Below, piece by piece: positions 44,818 through 55,282 of a stretch of DNA of 64,000 bases. This DNA comes from Verrucomicrobiota bacterium. Lineage in GTDB: Bacteria > Verrucomicrobiota > Verrucomicrobiia > Limisphaerales > AAA164-E04. Where the stretch lies: the NCBI GenBank assembly GCA_047947115.1, contig CP170459.1, forward strand, positions 5,728,001-5,792,000. Reading direction: 5' to 3'. Each line of letters begins with the position of its first letter. Position 1 is the stretch's first letter. A program made the position numbers and the translations under genes. The notes below the pieces were generated by a model that saw only the letters and a list, made by a program, of their open reading frames with translations, did not search any database and was not told the origin of the DNA.

Positions 44818-46300
44818 CAGCCCGTTAAAAAAGTCACAATTCTTCACGAAAAGATTCGTGATTGATCACATGATCAAGTAAAGTATTTGCCATGGCACTT
44901 GGCAAACGGAAAACGAAACAGCAAGAACTGTTCATTGCCTCCAATCAGATTCCCAAAACGCCGGCTCACCCGTTTTATTCCAAACTCAATCAGGTTTTTG
45001 ATGAGTGCGGATTTGATGCTTATGTCGAAGAGTTGTGCGCCCCGTTTTACAAGAATTTTGGTAGGCCAGGCATTGCGCCCGGTATTTATTTCCGGATGAT
45101 TTTCATCGGATACTTTGAAGGGCTCAACAGTCAACGTGGTATCGCATGGAGATGTCATGATAGCCTTTGCCTGCGTGAATTTCTCGGCATCAGTTTGACA
45201 GAGAAAACTCCTGTTCACGCATCGATGACAATTATCCGTCAACGCTTGTCCGATGAAGTGTTTCACAAGGTTTTCCTTTTTGTCCTTGAACAACTCAAAG
45301 AGAAAAAGCTTTTGAAGGGAAAAACTCTTGGTGTTGATGCCACCACCCTGGAAGCCAATGCAGCCATGCGTAGCATCGTGCGCAAAGGGACGGGTGAGGA
45401 TTGGAAAGAATACCTTCGTGAACTGGCCAAAGAAGAAGGCATTGAAAATCCGAGTGATGAAGACATTCAGCGCATCGACCGAGGGCGCAAGGGGAAGAAA
45501 GTTTCCAACAAAGAATGGCAAAGCAAGTCAGATCCGGACAGCCGCATTACCAAGATGAAAGATGGGCGCACACATCTTGCATATAAGGCTGAACATTCGG
45601 TGGACTTGGAAACCGAGGCAATTGTTTCTTGTCATGTCACACATGCAGATCAAGGCGATACAACCACGGGGCCTGAGAGCCTCATCTTGGCTGAAGCCAA
45701 TCTACAATTAATCGAATCAGAAAGGACCGTTGAAGAGGCGGTGATGGACAAGGGATATCACAGCAACGCATTGTTGGAACGGCTCACGCAGTGGGGTATC
45801 CGCACATACATACCAGAGAAGAAGCAAAAGAAGCGTAAGTGGGTGGACAAGCCGGAAAGCTACGAACACGCATTCCGTGGTAATCGACGAAGAGTTCGGA
45901 GTGTCAAGGGTAAGCGACTGAGTCGAAAACGAAGCGAACTTGTGGAGCGAACATTTGCTCATGTGTGCGAAACAGGAGCTGGACGTCGAACCTGGCTCCA
46001 GGGAATGGAAAATGTCACCAAGATTCACACACTGAAGTGCGCAGCATTCAACCTCGGATTGCTGATGCGGAAAATCTTTGGCCTCGCCAAGCCAAGAAAC
46101 TGGGAAGCGAGCCTCGCTACCGCTTTGACGGCTGCTTTTGTCATAATTTTTGGCGAATGGATGACTCAGGGGGCGATAAATATGGCTCCCGCCGTCCTTT
46201 TACTGATTTCCACCATTTTATTATGCAGCTTGATGAAATCGAAGCCGGACGAGATTCGGATCATTCGGTTTTTCGAAATTGGCACTTATTAAACGGGCTG
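44818..46300 (+). mobile_element. Insertion sequence, 1483 bp (IS1182/IS5-like), TTAA target duplication
   Basis: IRL CAGCCCGTTAAAAAAGT vs IRR (revcomp) CAGCCCGTTTAATAAGT, 15/17 match; TTAA at 44814-44817 and 46301-46304. Confidence 0.93.
44892..46292 (+). CDS. DDE transposase (DUF772-type N-terminus; IS1182/IS5-like)
   Basis: GRP, REFLG, VDAT..EANA, DPD, YK.E..VD, DKGY, R...VE..F motifs. Confidence 0.92.
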   Translation: MALGKRKTKQQELFIASNQIPKTPAHPFYSKLNQVFDECGFDAYVEELCAPFYKNFGRPGIAPGIYFRMIFIGYFEGLNSQRGIAWRCHDSLCLREFLGISLTEKTPVHASMTIIRQRLSDEVFHKVFLFVLEQLKEKKLLKGKTLGVDATTLEANAAMRSIVRKGTGEDWKEYLRELAKEEGIENPSDEDIQRIDRGRKGKKVSNKEWQSKSDPDSRITKMKDGRTHLAYKAEHSVDLETEAIVSCHVTHADQGDTTTGPESLILAEANLQLIESERTVEEAVMDKGYHSNALLERLTQWGIRTYIPEKKQKKRKWVDKPESYEHAFRGNRRRVRSVKGKRLSRKRSELVERTFAHVCETGAGRRTWLQGMENVTKIHTLKCAAFNLGLLMRKIFGLAKPRNWEASLATALTAAFVIIFGEWMTQGAINMAPAVLLLISTILLCSLMKSKPDEIRIIRFFEIGTY

Positions 46301-48054
46301 TTAAGCGACTTAAAAAGGAATCAACAGCAACGACACCTGAGCTGGAACGATGGATCGTGCGTTTGAATTTCCATGAACGCGGCCAACGTCGCGTTCAGGT
46401 CAGAGTGCATGAAGCCATCAAAACACCCCTTGCACTTGGCTTTTTCAATCCAATGATCTTGCTGCCACAATCGCTGGCAGAAACCATGGAGGAGCAAAAA
46501 CTCTCCTGCATACTCCGACACGAATGGGCACATATCGTGCGGTATGATGACTGGACCAATTTCTTTCAGCGGCTTATGGAGGCGCTGTTCTTCTTCCATC
46601 CAGTGGTCGCCCTGATCGGGCGCCGTTTGGATATCGAACGGGAGATTGCCTGTGACGACCACGTTCTGGCCGATGGTTCGCAGGCGAAAGCATATGCACT
46701 GATGCTGACACAATTTGCCAATAGGGAGCGGGACCGTCATCTGGCGACGGCAACCGCAGGTTGGAACAAAAAACATCAAATCAAAGAAAGAATAGATATG
46801 TTACTCGATTATCATCGAAACACCGCTCCCCGTCCCGCCCGTGTTGGTGCCGGACTGTTTACCTTGGCCATCCTGGCAGCCGCCATCCTGGCCATGAACG
46901 TGAGTCCCAGACTCGCTTTCGCTCAATCCGAAAGCAGCTCGATCTCTCAAAATTCATCCTCTGCTGATGACCTTTTTGAAGCTCCCGTTGCCGAACCCCG
47001 ATCCAAAGACAATAGGAGAGTCCGAGTCCAGGGAACAATCCAGAACAACGCCGACGTCGAAGCTTCACCAAGGGAAAGCTCTATCTTCATGCAAAGAGAA
47101 GCTGAACCAACATTAGAGTCGAATGGTTCGGATTTACTGCTGACATCACCCGCAGGTGCTACCTTGAGGTTACCAGGATCGCCCACTGCCCCCACAGCTA
47201 TTAGTGTTCCTGTAGAGATAGCAATTCCCGAGTTTCCAGAGCCTGAGGTAATACCATCGCCTCAAACAAGCACTGGCGCCAGCGATGCCGCGCCCTCCCA
47301 AGCCTTCCCTGCTGCAGATCCTTATCATTTCCCACAGTTCCCTCATGATGAACAACTGGCAGCCCATGTCGAAGACGCCATCGCCCACGCCCACGAATGG
47401 CAAGCCTGGGCTGAACATCAACAAGCATCCGCCCAGCGCCTGCAAAATGATTCCGAACTGGAAAAAAGAATCAAAGCGCTGGAAAATCTAGTCCATCGAC
47501 TCGTAGAGGATAAAACAGCGCAAAGCGTGGGAAGAAGAGGAAGAAGCGTTCCTTCACAATACAATAACACCCCTGCCGAGGAGTCTATCCCTGGAAGAAC
47601 CTATCGGATATCGAACAACCCTTTTGCGTCTGTAGCTTCCGTTCCCCAGGCAGTTGACCATGCGGAAGAACTGACCGAACGAACCATCCGTCTGGCAAGA
47701 CAGGATGCGCGCCTCGTCAGACAGGACGCTTTACGCGGATTGGAGAAACTGAAGCAAGAGCAAGCCAAACTGGAAATGGAGCGTCAAAGGTTGACAGAGC
47801 AACTCCAATTGCTTGATCGAAGAGCACATTCATTGCTTCTCAAAATGTCTCAGGAAATGGCCGAAATCGAGTCCAGACAGACTCAAGGAAACGCCCCCTG
47901 AACCTCCCACGCATCCTGCTCATAGGACATTGAAATGGTAGTCAGATGAGCGGGAGTCACCCAATCAAACTTCACTGAATCCTCATAGAGATGAGGACAT
48001 GTCTTTCGGCATCGTGACACGTTGTCGTGAGGAAACCATTACCCACGACAACGT

Positions 48055-49344
48055 TTGTTCCGAATTCAGTTCAAGCGCATACTCGCGCGTAGCGATTCTG
48101 TTTCGCTGCCTGAAATCGAAACAGTATTCCAACACTCACTCGCACCGAAAGCCCAACCGTTCCAGAGTCCATCACACATCATGAACAAGCCCCTTGAATC
48201 ACCAAAAAAGACAACAGATCCAGCTCCATCAGATCCCCAAACCCCGATTCATTTGGAATACATTCGCCATCTGGCAGACATCTCAGAGGACAATGGAGAA
48301 GAACAAATCACAAATTACCACCGGGCCGTGTTCACGAACAAACATGGCGCGGAACTGGAACAACTTGCCCATCAAATCAAACATTCGGAAACCCGCCTGA
48401 ATGGTCTTGAACCGGAATGGCGTCGTGCGACAGAGAAGCTGAATGCGATCGATCCGCTTTTTCCAAACAATGGGAGCGCCGCCAAAACCGAAGAATCACC
48501 TCAACCCTGGAACCACTGGGATCGATGGATGTTTGTGATGGCGGGCATTGGAGTCGTTTGTCTGGTTGTGTTCGGGGTCCTGAATATTTCCTTCAATCTG
48601 ATCGAATCAGGTCTGGTTTTGTTCGGTGACCACCCATACCGAGCTTATTTCTGGGCAGCATTGTTACCGGTCGGAGCATTGGGCATCAAGATCGGGTGGG
48701 ATCTGATCACGTCCCGGAGTTTCAAGTCGATCTATGTGTGGTGTTGCCTCGGCACGGGATTCCTTGGAGTGCTTGTCTGGTTGCTGTCTTATGCCTCCAT
48801 CTACCCTTCCCTTTCGATGAGCACGGCTGAACAGCTCGAATCCATTCATTTGTTCACCGATCAGGAAACCGCTGATCCGACGGTTCCCTTTGGGAAGGTC
48901 AACTGGGGGGACATGATACTGGTTGTTTCTCAGGCGATTGCCGAACTGTTTCTCTCCGCACTATTGGGCATTTACATGACCATCATTTACCAGAAACATC
49001 GCACCATCAAACCCTCCATCCATCCAGAATACCTATATTGGGATGGGGAACGGTTAAAACTCGAGCGTTCTGTTTTTGATGAGAGGAAAACCCTGGCAAC
49101 TGCACGCGGGCGCATGAAGGAGTTGGACAGTCAACTTGCCGTTTACCTCGGCTATGCCAAATCCGTTTATCAACGGGAATTGGTATTGAGTCAAAATCAC
49201 AGTTTCCGAAAAGAACGTTTGTTGACCGAGCTGACATCGGATGTCATGGAACGACTTCAGTCCATACGCGCATCCAGTGACATCAACCACCTCATCGCAG
49301 ACTCGCCCGGTGAACCCGCCTCTTTGGAAACCAAAACAGCTTAA
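48055..49344 (+). CDS. Hypothetical membrane protein (four TM flanked by coiled coils)
   Basis: Long ORF, hydrophobic core, heptad-like flanks; start uncertain. Confidence 0.7.
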   Translation: MFRIQFKRILARSDSVSLPEIETVFQHSLAPKAQPFQSPSHIMNKPLESPKKTTDPAPSDPQTPIHLEYIRHLADISEDNGEEQITNYHRAVFTNKHGAELEQLAHQIKHSETRLNGLEPEWRRATEKLNAIDPLFPNNGSAAKTEESPQPWNHWDRWMFVMAGIGVVCLVVFGVLNISFNLIESGLVLFGDHPYRAYFWAALLPVGALGIKIGWDLITSRSFKSIYVWCCLGTGFLGVLVWLLSYASIYPSLSMSTAEQLESIHLFTDQETADPTVPFGKVNWGDMILVVSQAIAELFLSALLGIYMTIIYQKHRTIKPSIHPEYLYWDGERLKLERSVFDERKTLATARGRMKELDSQLAVYLGYAKSVYQRELVLSQNHSFRKERLLTELTSDVMERLQSIRASSDINHLIADSPGEPASLETKTA

Positions 49345-49363
49345 CTTTTACAGAGAACTTCCT

Positions 49364-50716
49364 ATGCGCTTAAACAAGAACCATCCATTCCTCCTGTTCC
49401 TGCTGAGCATGTTGATCGGTTTCGGATCTGCCTGCAAACAGGATTCCGAGCCCGTTGGCGGAAAACAAATGAAAATCCTCGTCGGAATTTCACCATTTCT
49501 TCCAGAAAAGGAAAGAGAAGAAGTGTTCGGTCAACTGATGTTGTTGGTATTGGACAAAATGCCACTCAACGCATCCCTCGTGGTATACGACGCATTCCAC
49601 ATTCAAACCATCTCCACGTTTGACATTCCCAACAGAAACGCGTTCCGTTCAACACGAACCCGACTGAATCAATTCAAGAAGTCGATTCAATTACTCCGTT
49701 TTTTTCTTCAGCCTCCTTCTTCGGAGACTGAGGGTCGGGAAATCCATCAACAGGGCGCCATCCGTTTTCCACAATGGTCGGATTTCATCGGAAAGAACCA
49801 GATCCTGGGCAACGTCGACACCCGCTTGGTCGTCCTTGGCAATCCACTCTACATCGATGTAAGAGAGCCGGCCTATTCGATGCATGCTGATTACTTCCCC
49901 TCCGACGGACACATCCATCTAAGCGCCCGGGAATCGGTTTATGGAACGATTGGAAAAGAGAAACAGCTGCTGAACATTCCGGTTCATTGGGGTTACTTGC
50001 AGGAACCATGGATCAATCCGGCACATGAGGAAGCGGTTTCAAGGTTCTGGAAACTCTACACTCAAAACCAGGGAGGCCATTTGGAAACGTTTTGCCTGGA
50101 TCTCCAGACAGTGTTTGAGCGACTCATGATTCATAACCGGGACACCAATGCTTTCGAAGAAAGCAACATCACCCCACTCCATACACGGGTTGAAATGATC
50201 CGCATACAACGTCAAATCGGCAGCACGGACTGGATCACTTCCAATCTGACAAGAAACGGCAACACCAAACCTCCAACCTTGTTGGAGGGTCCCATCAAAA
50301 TAGGCATCCGCTGGCGTGGAGAAATGGATCTGGATCTGTATGCGAAATCAGACGCTGAAGCGGAAACCTTGTTTTTCGAGCATCCGGAAAGCCAGGAGGG
50401 ATACTACTACAAAGATCACAGGCAGTCACCTGATCGGGAGTTTGAATTCATCGAATACCACCAACCGATCCAGCTCAACCGAATCAAGGTATGGGTTAAC
50501 TTTTTCGAAGGACAAACCGTTGAGCCGCCTGAGTTCGAAGCACGCATTGAGTTCGACCGGCAAATCTATTCCAGAATGATCAGCATCCCATCTCTCAAAG
50601 GAAACCAAGGTCAAACAGGCTCGGATCATGAAGATTGCTGGGTTGAAGTTAATTTAATTCAACTCATGGGCATTCCTGCATCACCGTCGCTCATTCTACA
50701 GGAGAGAGGGGAATAG
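49364..50716 (+). CDS. Hypothetical lipoprotein with C-terminal YfaP/DUF2135-like motif
   Basis: MRLNKNHPFLLFLLSMLIGFGSAC lipobox-like signal; IRW..MDLDLY motif. Confidence 0.68.
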   Translation: MRLNKNHPFLLFLLSMLIGFGSACKQDSEPVGGKQMKILVGISPFLPEKEREEVFGQLMLLVLDKMPLNASLVVYDAFHIQTISTFDIPNRNAFRSTRTRLNQFKKSIQLLRFFLQPPSSETEGREIHQQGAIRFPQWSDFIGKNQILGNVDTRLVVLGNPLYIDVREPAYSMHADYFPSDGHIHLSARESVYGTIGKEKQLLNIPVHWGYLQEPWINPAHEEAVSRFWKLYTQNQGGHLETFCLDLQTVFERLMIHNRDTNAFEESNITPLHTRVEMIRIQRQIGSTDWITSNLTRNGNTKPPTLLEGPIKIGIRWRGEMDLDLYAKSDAEAETLFFEHPESQEGYYYKDHRQSPDREFEFIEYHQPIQLNRIKVWVNFFEGQTVEPPEFEARIEFDRQIYSRMISIPSLKGNQGQTGSDHEDCWVEVNLIQLMGIPASPSLILQERGE

Positions 50717-50822
50717 TAGCCCTTGCTCCTGCGAACAGGTGAGCGTCAAAAAAATGTGGCAGCGCAGAAACAACGAGAACCAAAAAGGTCAGTAATGCCT
50801 CACTGGTTAGATTCCAGCCAAC

Positions 50823-51734
50823 CTAAGAAAGCAATCCGAGCTCTTTGAACTGCGGCATCAGATCTTCAAGCACCTGTTCCATACTGGAATTGCTGACAGA
50901 CTCAAGGGGCAAACGCACATCTCCGCAATCCAGTCCGAACTGCTTCATCAAGGCTTTGGCAGAGGCCAGATAACCTGATTGAACCAAACGGTTAACCACA
51001 CTCAGTGAGCGATACTGCCACTTTTGCGCACTGGCAAGATCCCCATTTTTAAAGGCCTTGATCATCTCCCAACAAACTGGAGCCATAAAATTATAGGTGC
51101 TGCCAATGGCCCCATGTACGCCTAATGCGAGACCGGTCAACAAGGATTCATCATTGCCATAATAGATCTCATGTGAATCTCCGAATCGTTGAAGACATTC
51201 CAGAATTTCGGCAGGTTGAATCGCTGAAAACTTGATACCTTTCAAGTTCGGGATCTGGTTGATTCCCTCCCGAAGGAACTCGCTCATGGAAAAGTTCACA
51301 CCGGTCAAGCCCGGTATATGATAATAATAAAATGGACAATCCGGAGCTTCAGCCGCAATGGCCGACATCCAATCCACCAACACCGGGAGACGTTCCGGTT
51401 TCAGGTAGGAAGGAGCGACCGCGCTGATGGCATCGGCCCCACACGAGGCGGCATGGGAGGTCAATTTGACGCAATCCGAAAGGCTGTTGGCTCCGACATG
51501 CACCATGATATCGAGTTCATGCTCACGTCCGGCATCCATCCACGCTTCGGTCAAAAGGCAACGCTCGTCCATGGTCAAAGAGGAATACTCCCCCGTCGTT
51601 CCGTTCACGAACGCAGCATGTACTCCATGACGCTTAAGATGGCCGGCCATTGGAAGAACCAAATCAACATTGATTTCTCCATCTTCATGAAATGGCGTAA
51701 AAGGTGCCGCCGTTAATTTGAATGCCCCGTTCAT
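50823..51734 (-). CDS. nanA: N-acetylneuraminate lyase-like (DHDPS family)
   Basis: NGTTGE, YYHIP.LTG, GIKFS Schiff-base Lys, GAIGSTYN. Confidence 0.8.
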   Translation of the reverse strand: MNGAFKLTAAPFTPFHEDGEINVDLVLPMAGHLKRHGVHAAFVNGTTGEYSSLTMDERCLLTEAWMDAGREHELDIMVHVGANSLSDCVKLTSHAASCGADAISAVAPSYLKPERLPVLVDWMSAIAAEAPDCPFYYYHIPGLTGVNFSMSEFLREGINQIPNLKGIKFSAIQPAEILECLQRFGDSHEIYYGNDESLLTGLALGVHGAIGSTYNFMAPVCWEMIKAFKNGDLASAQKWQYRSLSVVNRLVQSGYLASAKALMKQFGLDCGDVRLPLESVSNSSMEQVLEDLMPQFKELGLLS

Positions 51735-51885
51735 ATCTGTTTTCGTGGTAATTGAGGGAATCATCCGCTCAGAAAGCATCCGATTCAATCAGAATGTTTT
51801 ATTTTCTGAATCTTGTTCAGATGAACTAAGCATTGGAATCTTCGGCATCATCGCGTATGATCGAACCTCATCCAGCAAGTAAACC

Positions 51886-53907
51886 ATGAATTGGCAAACA
51901 GCACATGCTTCAGTCAAGCTATTGAAAAGGATAGCCTTCCTCGGAATCATCCAAAGCAGCCTCTGTTGCCTGCTTCAGGCTGAACAAAAAGAACCTGACT
52001 GGCAAACAGACATAGAGCCGGTCTTGAATGACCACTGTGTCAAATGCCATGGCCCGCTAAAACGTAAAGGAGACCTCGATCTCAGCACCTTTCATGGTCT
52101 GATTAAAGGAGGCGAGAACGGTCCGGTCCTGATTGCCGGAATGCCCGACACAAGTCCGGTCTACACCGTGCTGCTGGAGGGATCCGACCCTCACATGCCT
52201 CCCAAAAAACAACTGGAAACCAGGTCCATTGATTTAATCAGGGAGTGGATTCTTCATTTCAAGGAAATTGCCCCCATTGCAGGCGACCAAGAATGGACGG
52301 ATGCCAGTCCTGAACCTGCGGAACCGGAGAATTTACCCGCCCCTCCGAAAAACCTTACCCCTTCGCAAGCCATCGACTACTTCATCGAGACCAGGCTCGA
52401 ACAGGAGGGTATCACTCCGACCCCGGTATGTGATGACCGAACATTCCAGCGTCGCCTTTATCTGGATCTCATCGGACGGCCCCCCTCGATACAGGAATCC
52501 GAGCGATTTCTACGGAGCGGTTCCATTGCCAAACGAGCTGAAGAGGTCGACAGATTGCTCAAAAATGAATCGTTCGCGGTTCACTTTACCGAGTTATTCG
52601 ATGTATTCCTGATGGAGCGTCGCGGCAAACGGTGGGAGGATCGGCGCAAGGAGAATGGCTGGCATGATTTTTTAAAATCATCCTTTGCGGAGAACAGGCC
52701 CTGGGACCAGGTCACTCGTCAGATCATCCTGGCCAGACCGGATGAAACTCATTCAACGCCTATGGGAAGCATGTGGTTCCTGTATGAACGGGAGGACAAC
52801 CATCAGGCCATGGCTGAAGCCATCGCCCCCATCGTGTTCGGCACTCAAATCAAATGCGCCCAGTGCCACGACCACCCGCTGGCTCATGAGATCAAACAGG
52901 GCCACTATTGGGCCATGGTGGCGGCATTCAATCGCAGCAGGAATGTCAAAACCCCCAGAGGCATAGGCATCGCTGAATCCGCCGTTGGCGGTTTCATCAG
53001 TTTCGCCAATTTAAAAAAGGAATCCCAACCGGCAACACTTACCTTTCTCAACGGCGTCTCCGTTGAAGAGACGCGTCCCGATCCGGATGCCAATGATTCC
53101 GACCTTCCTAAGTATTACCTGATCGCTCCGCCCGAGGGAGATCAACAGCCTCAAGAACCTTCCATCCCCAAATTCTCCCGCCGAGAGGTCCTTGCAGATG
53201 CGGTCACAGTCGACAACCCATTGCTTGCCCGTTCCATGGTCAACCGTCTTTGGGCACTCATGATGGGGCGCGGCATCGTGCATCCGGTGGATGAAATGAA
53301 TTCGAAACACCCACCCAGCCATCCGGCACTGCTCCATTGGCTGTCGCTGGATTTTGAAGAGCATGGATATGACGTGCAACGCCTCGTTCGGACATTGGTT
53401 CTGAGCGAAACCTATCAACGCTCGACCTGGATCGGACAGGATCGACCGCACGCGGTCGACACTTTCGCTTGGGCTGCGGAGAAACCACTCTCGGCCGAAA
53501 CAGCGTTCCGGTCACTGCTGGCAGCCACCGGGCAGGATCTCGGCAAACCGTCGTCAGATAACGCCGTTCAGGCATTACGGCAGGCATTCATTGAACATTT
53601 CCCGGATCTGCTCCCGGTTGAATACAACGCAACCCTTCAGCAAGCCATGTTTCTGTCCAATTCACCGCTGGTTCAGTCCCTGCTGGAACCCAAAGCCGGG
53701 AACACTGCCGAAAAGCTGTTAGATATCGAAAACATCAACCAACGCGTTCGCGAGGCGTTTCTCTTTGTCTACGGCAGATGGCCGGATGCCTCTGAAAAGG
53801 AAGCAGCCACACAATTCCTGATCCATCGCGAGGATCGCCCCAAAGAAGGCGTTCAACAATTGTTGTGGACCTTGATCACAAGCGCGGAGTTTCTGACCAA
53901 TCACTAA
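51886..53907 (+). CDS. Planctomycete cytochrome c + DUF1549 + DUF1553 protein
   Basis: CVKCH..MPP, RRLYLDLIGRPP, CAQCHDHP, VNRLW..MGRG.V.PVD, PSHP.LL, S.EF..NH. Confidence 0.9.
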   Translation: MNWQTAHASVKLLKRIAFLGIIQSSLCCLLQAEQKEPDWQTDIEPVLNDHCVKCHGPLKRKGDLDLSTFHGLIKGGENGPVLIAGMPDTSPVYTVLLEGSDPHMPPKKQLETRSIDLIREWILHFKEIAPIAGDQEWTDASPEPAEPENLPAPPKNLTPSQAIDYFIETRLEQEGITPTPVCDDRTFQRRLYLDLIGRPPSIQESERFLRSGSIAKRAEEVDRLLKNESFAVHFTELFDVFLMERRGKRWEDRRKENGWHDFLKSSFAENRPWDQVTRQIILARPDETHSTPMGSMWFLYEREDNHQAMAEAIAPIVFGTQIKCAQCHDHPLAHEIKQGHYWAMVAAFNRSRNVKTPRGIGIAESAVGGFISFANLKKESQPATLTFLNGVSVEETRPDPDANDSDLPKYYLIAPPEGDQQPQEPSIPKFSRREVLADAVTVDNPLLARSMVNRLWALMMGRGIVHPVDEMNSKHPPSHPALLHWLSLDFEEHGYDVQRLVRTLVLSETYQRSTWIGQDRPHAVDTFAWAAEKPLSAETAFRSLLAATGQDLGKPSSDNAVQALRQAFIEHFPDLLPVEYNATLQQAMFLSNSPLVQSLLEPKAGNTAEKLLDIENINQRVREAFLFVYGRWPDASEKEAATQFLIHREDRPKEGVQQLLWTLITSAEFLTNH

Positions 53908-53915
53908 ACTCACCC

Positions 53916-55250
53916 ATGAACCCAAAACCATCCAATAACAGCCCCCAGCACTGCGTCACCCATGAACACACATGGCACCGTCGCAAATTCCTACAAGGCC
54001 TCGGTACAGGCATCGCAGGATCGATGTTCAGTTGGTCCGGATTGATGACACCCCAAATGTTCGCTGAGGCAGCGAAAAAGCAACAGAAGAGCTGCATCCT
54101 GCTCTGGCTCTGCGGTGCACCCAGCCAATTTGAAACATGGGATCCCAAACCAGGGCGTGCAACAAGCGGTCCGTTTGGCCATATTCCCACGAAAATTCCA
54201 GGTGTTCATTTCAGTGCGCTGATGCCAAAGTGCGCATCAATTGCGGATAAAATCTCAGTCATACGCTCCATGAAAACGGAGCCGACCGAACATTTTCAAG
54301 GCATCGACCGATTGAATCGAGGCGACGCACCGCGTCCCCCCTTCATACGTCCCTCCCTGGGAAGCGTCCTGGGTCAACAACTCGGTCAATTGGACAGCCC
54401 CATCCCTAATTTCATCCTCTTGGACCCCTGCCCTGAGGGCAATGAGTTTAAATCTTTCAAAGCTGGAAATTGGGCCGGATGGCTGGGGGCGGAGTACGGC
54501 CCCGTGAGACTTGGGGGTGAATACAGAATTCCAGATGTACAAAAACTCCCTGACATCACCACCCAGGACCATGAAGAACGTGAAGCGTTGAGACGTTTCC
54601 TGACACGTAAATTCGAGAACGATCGAAAAAGCGCTGCAGCAGCGTCGCAAAATGCCGCTTTTGAACGCGTCAAAGGACTCATGAGCTGCTCCCACCTCTT
54701 TGACCTGCAAAAGCTGCCTCAAAAGGATCGTGAGCGATACGGACAGGGCACCTTTGGCCAACACACACTGCTGGCCAGACACCTTGTAGAAAATGGGGCT
54801 CCTTTTGTGATGGTCGCCAATGGCATGCCTTGGGATTGCCACGTCTTTCAGCACGAAAACTACCAGATGCTCGTCCCTGATCTCGACAACATCATCTTCC
54901 AACTGATCAATGACCTGGACGATCGAGGCATGCGGGAAAACACCCTCGTGGTCATGATGGGCGAATTTGGACGCACACCATGGCTGAACGCCAGCCGAGG
55001 GCGAGATCACTACCCAAATGCCTGGAGCCTGGCCATGGCCGGTTGTGGTATCCAACAAGGCGTGGTAGTGGGTGAAACGGACCCTGACGGTATCGAAGTC
55101 ATTGACAAACCGTTTGATGAAAAAAACCTGTTTGCCACCATTTTCACCGCACTGGGAATTGATCCTTACGCAGCCTACGACCTCCCAGGGCTTCCGACCT
55201 TTCACCGCGTGGAACAGGAAGCATCGCCCATTCAGGAAATTTTGCTATAA
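53916..55250 (+). CDS. DUF1501 domain protein (Tat-like RRKFL)
   Basis: LWL.G.PSQ.ETWDPKP, LAR.LVE.G, WD.H, GEFGRTP, GRDH. Confidence 0.92.
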   Translation: MNPKPSNNSPQHCVTHEHTWHRRKFLQGLGTGIAGSMFSWSGLMTPQMFAEAAKKQQKSCILLWLCGAPSQFETWDPKPGRATSGPFGHIPTKIPGVHFSALMPKCASIADKISVIRSMKTEPTEHFQGIDRLNRGDAPRPPFIRPSLGSVLGQQLGQLDSPIPNFILLDPCPEGNEFKSFKAGNWAGWLGAEYGPVRLGGEYRIPDVQKLPDITTQDHEEREALRRFLTRKFENDRKSAAAASQNAAFERVKGLMSCSHLFDLQKLPQKDRERYGQGTFGQHTLLARHLVENGAPFVMVANGMPWDCHVFQHENYQMLVPDLDNIIFQLINDLDDRGMRENTLVVMMGEFGRTPWLNASRGRDHYPNAWSLAMAGCGIQQGVVVGETDPDGIEVIDKPFDEKNLFATIFTALGIDPYAAYDLPGLPTFHRVEQEASPIQEILL

Positions 55251-55282
55251 TCCATATCTGACAATCATTTGAACCTCTTCCC

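Larger units (their letters stand above)
44144..47901 (+). pseudogene. BlaR1/MecR1-like M56 family metallopeptidase interrupted by an IS
   Basis: N-part NASTRYLIW; C-part P.ALGFFNP.ILLP, HEWAH, FFFHP, REIACDD, LKER-like motif; removing the IS plus one TTAA gives a continuous 2271-nt frame. Confidence 0.9.
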
